A stretch of 64,000 nt of DNA. Source: Scyliorhinus canicula. Lineage: Eukaryota. Position numbers and translations under genes: made by a program. How positions within the stretch are numbered: the first letter of the stretch is position 1; the number at the start of each line of letters is the position of its first letter. The notes under the pieces were generated by a model. It did no database searches. It worked only from the letters and a program-made list of their open reading frames with translations, and was not told where the DNA came from. This document shows, one piece after another, positions 63,850-64,000 of the stretch. The stretch lies in NCBI RefSeq assembly GCF_902713615.1, contig NC_052154.1:65269652-65333651 (forward strand), in the 5' to 3' direction.

Positions 63850-64000
63850 GTTTTTTTTTAATTTAGAGTACCCAATCACTTTTTTCTAATTATGGGGCAA
63901 TTTAGCATGGCCAATCCACCTAACCTGCACATCTTTTGGGTTGTGGGGGCGAAACCCACGCAAACACGGGGAGAATGTGCAAACTCCACATGGACAGTGA
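63850..64000 (-). mobile_element. HE1-like V-SINE running off the window edge
   Basis: Tail and V-domain. Confidence 0.88.

Overview
Eukaryotic, repeat-dense genomic DNA. The repeat content (HE1-like V-SINEs, Deu-domain SINEs, CR1/HER1-like, L1, Tx1 and Penelope elements) points to a cartilaginous fish, most likely a catshark-like shark. The window lies inside one minus-strand multi-exon gene that I read as CENP-T (centromere protein T). I traced 11 phase-compatible GT-AG exons by hand from 48020 down to 301. The start exon and the C-terminal histone-fold exons fall outside the window. Main points: (1) a 73-nt + 128-nt exon pair is tandemly duplicated, giving two copies of the RRP...F motif that matches the Mis12-complex-binding region of vertebrate CENP-T; (2) a 1353-nt exon carries a very long acidic coding minisatellite; (3) a ~32-bp intronic minisatellite at ~48.3-59.9 kb has collected several retrotransposon insertions in the same register, including two different L1 subfamilies truncated at almost the same ORF2 position and a Penelope-derived hairpin with hammerhead-ribozyme-like cores; (4) a Tx1 element has split an HE1 SINE, with target-site duplications (TSDs) at each nesting level; (5) two hAT MITEs carrying a captured LINE tail sit in inverted orientation. 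Family names come from motif recognition, not database searches.
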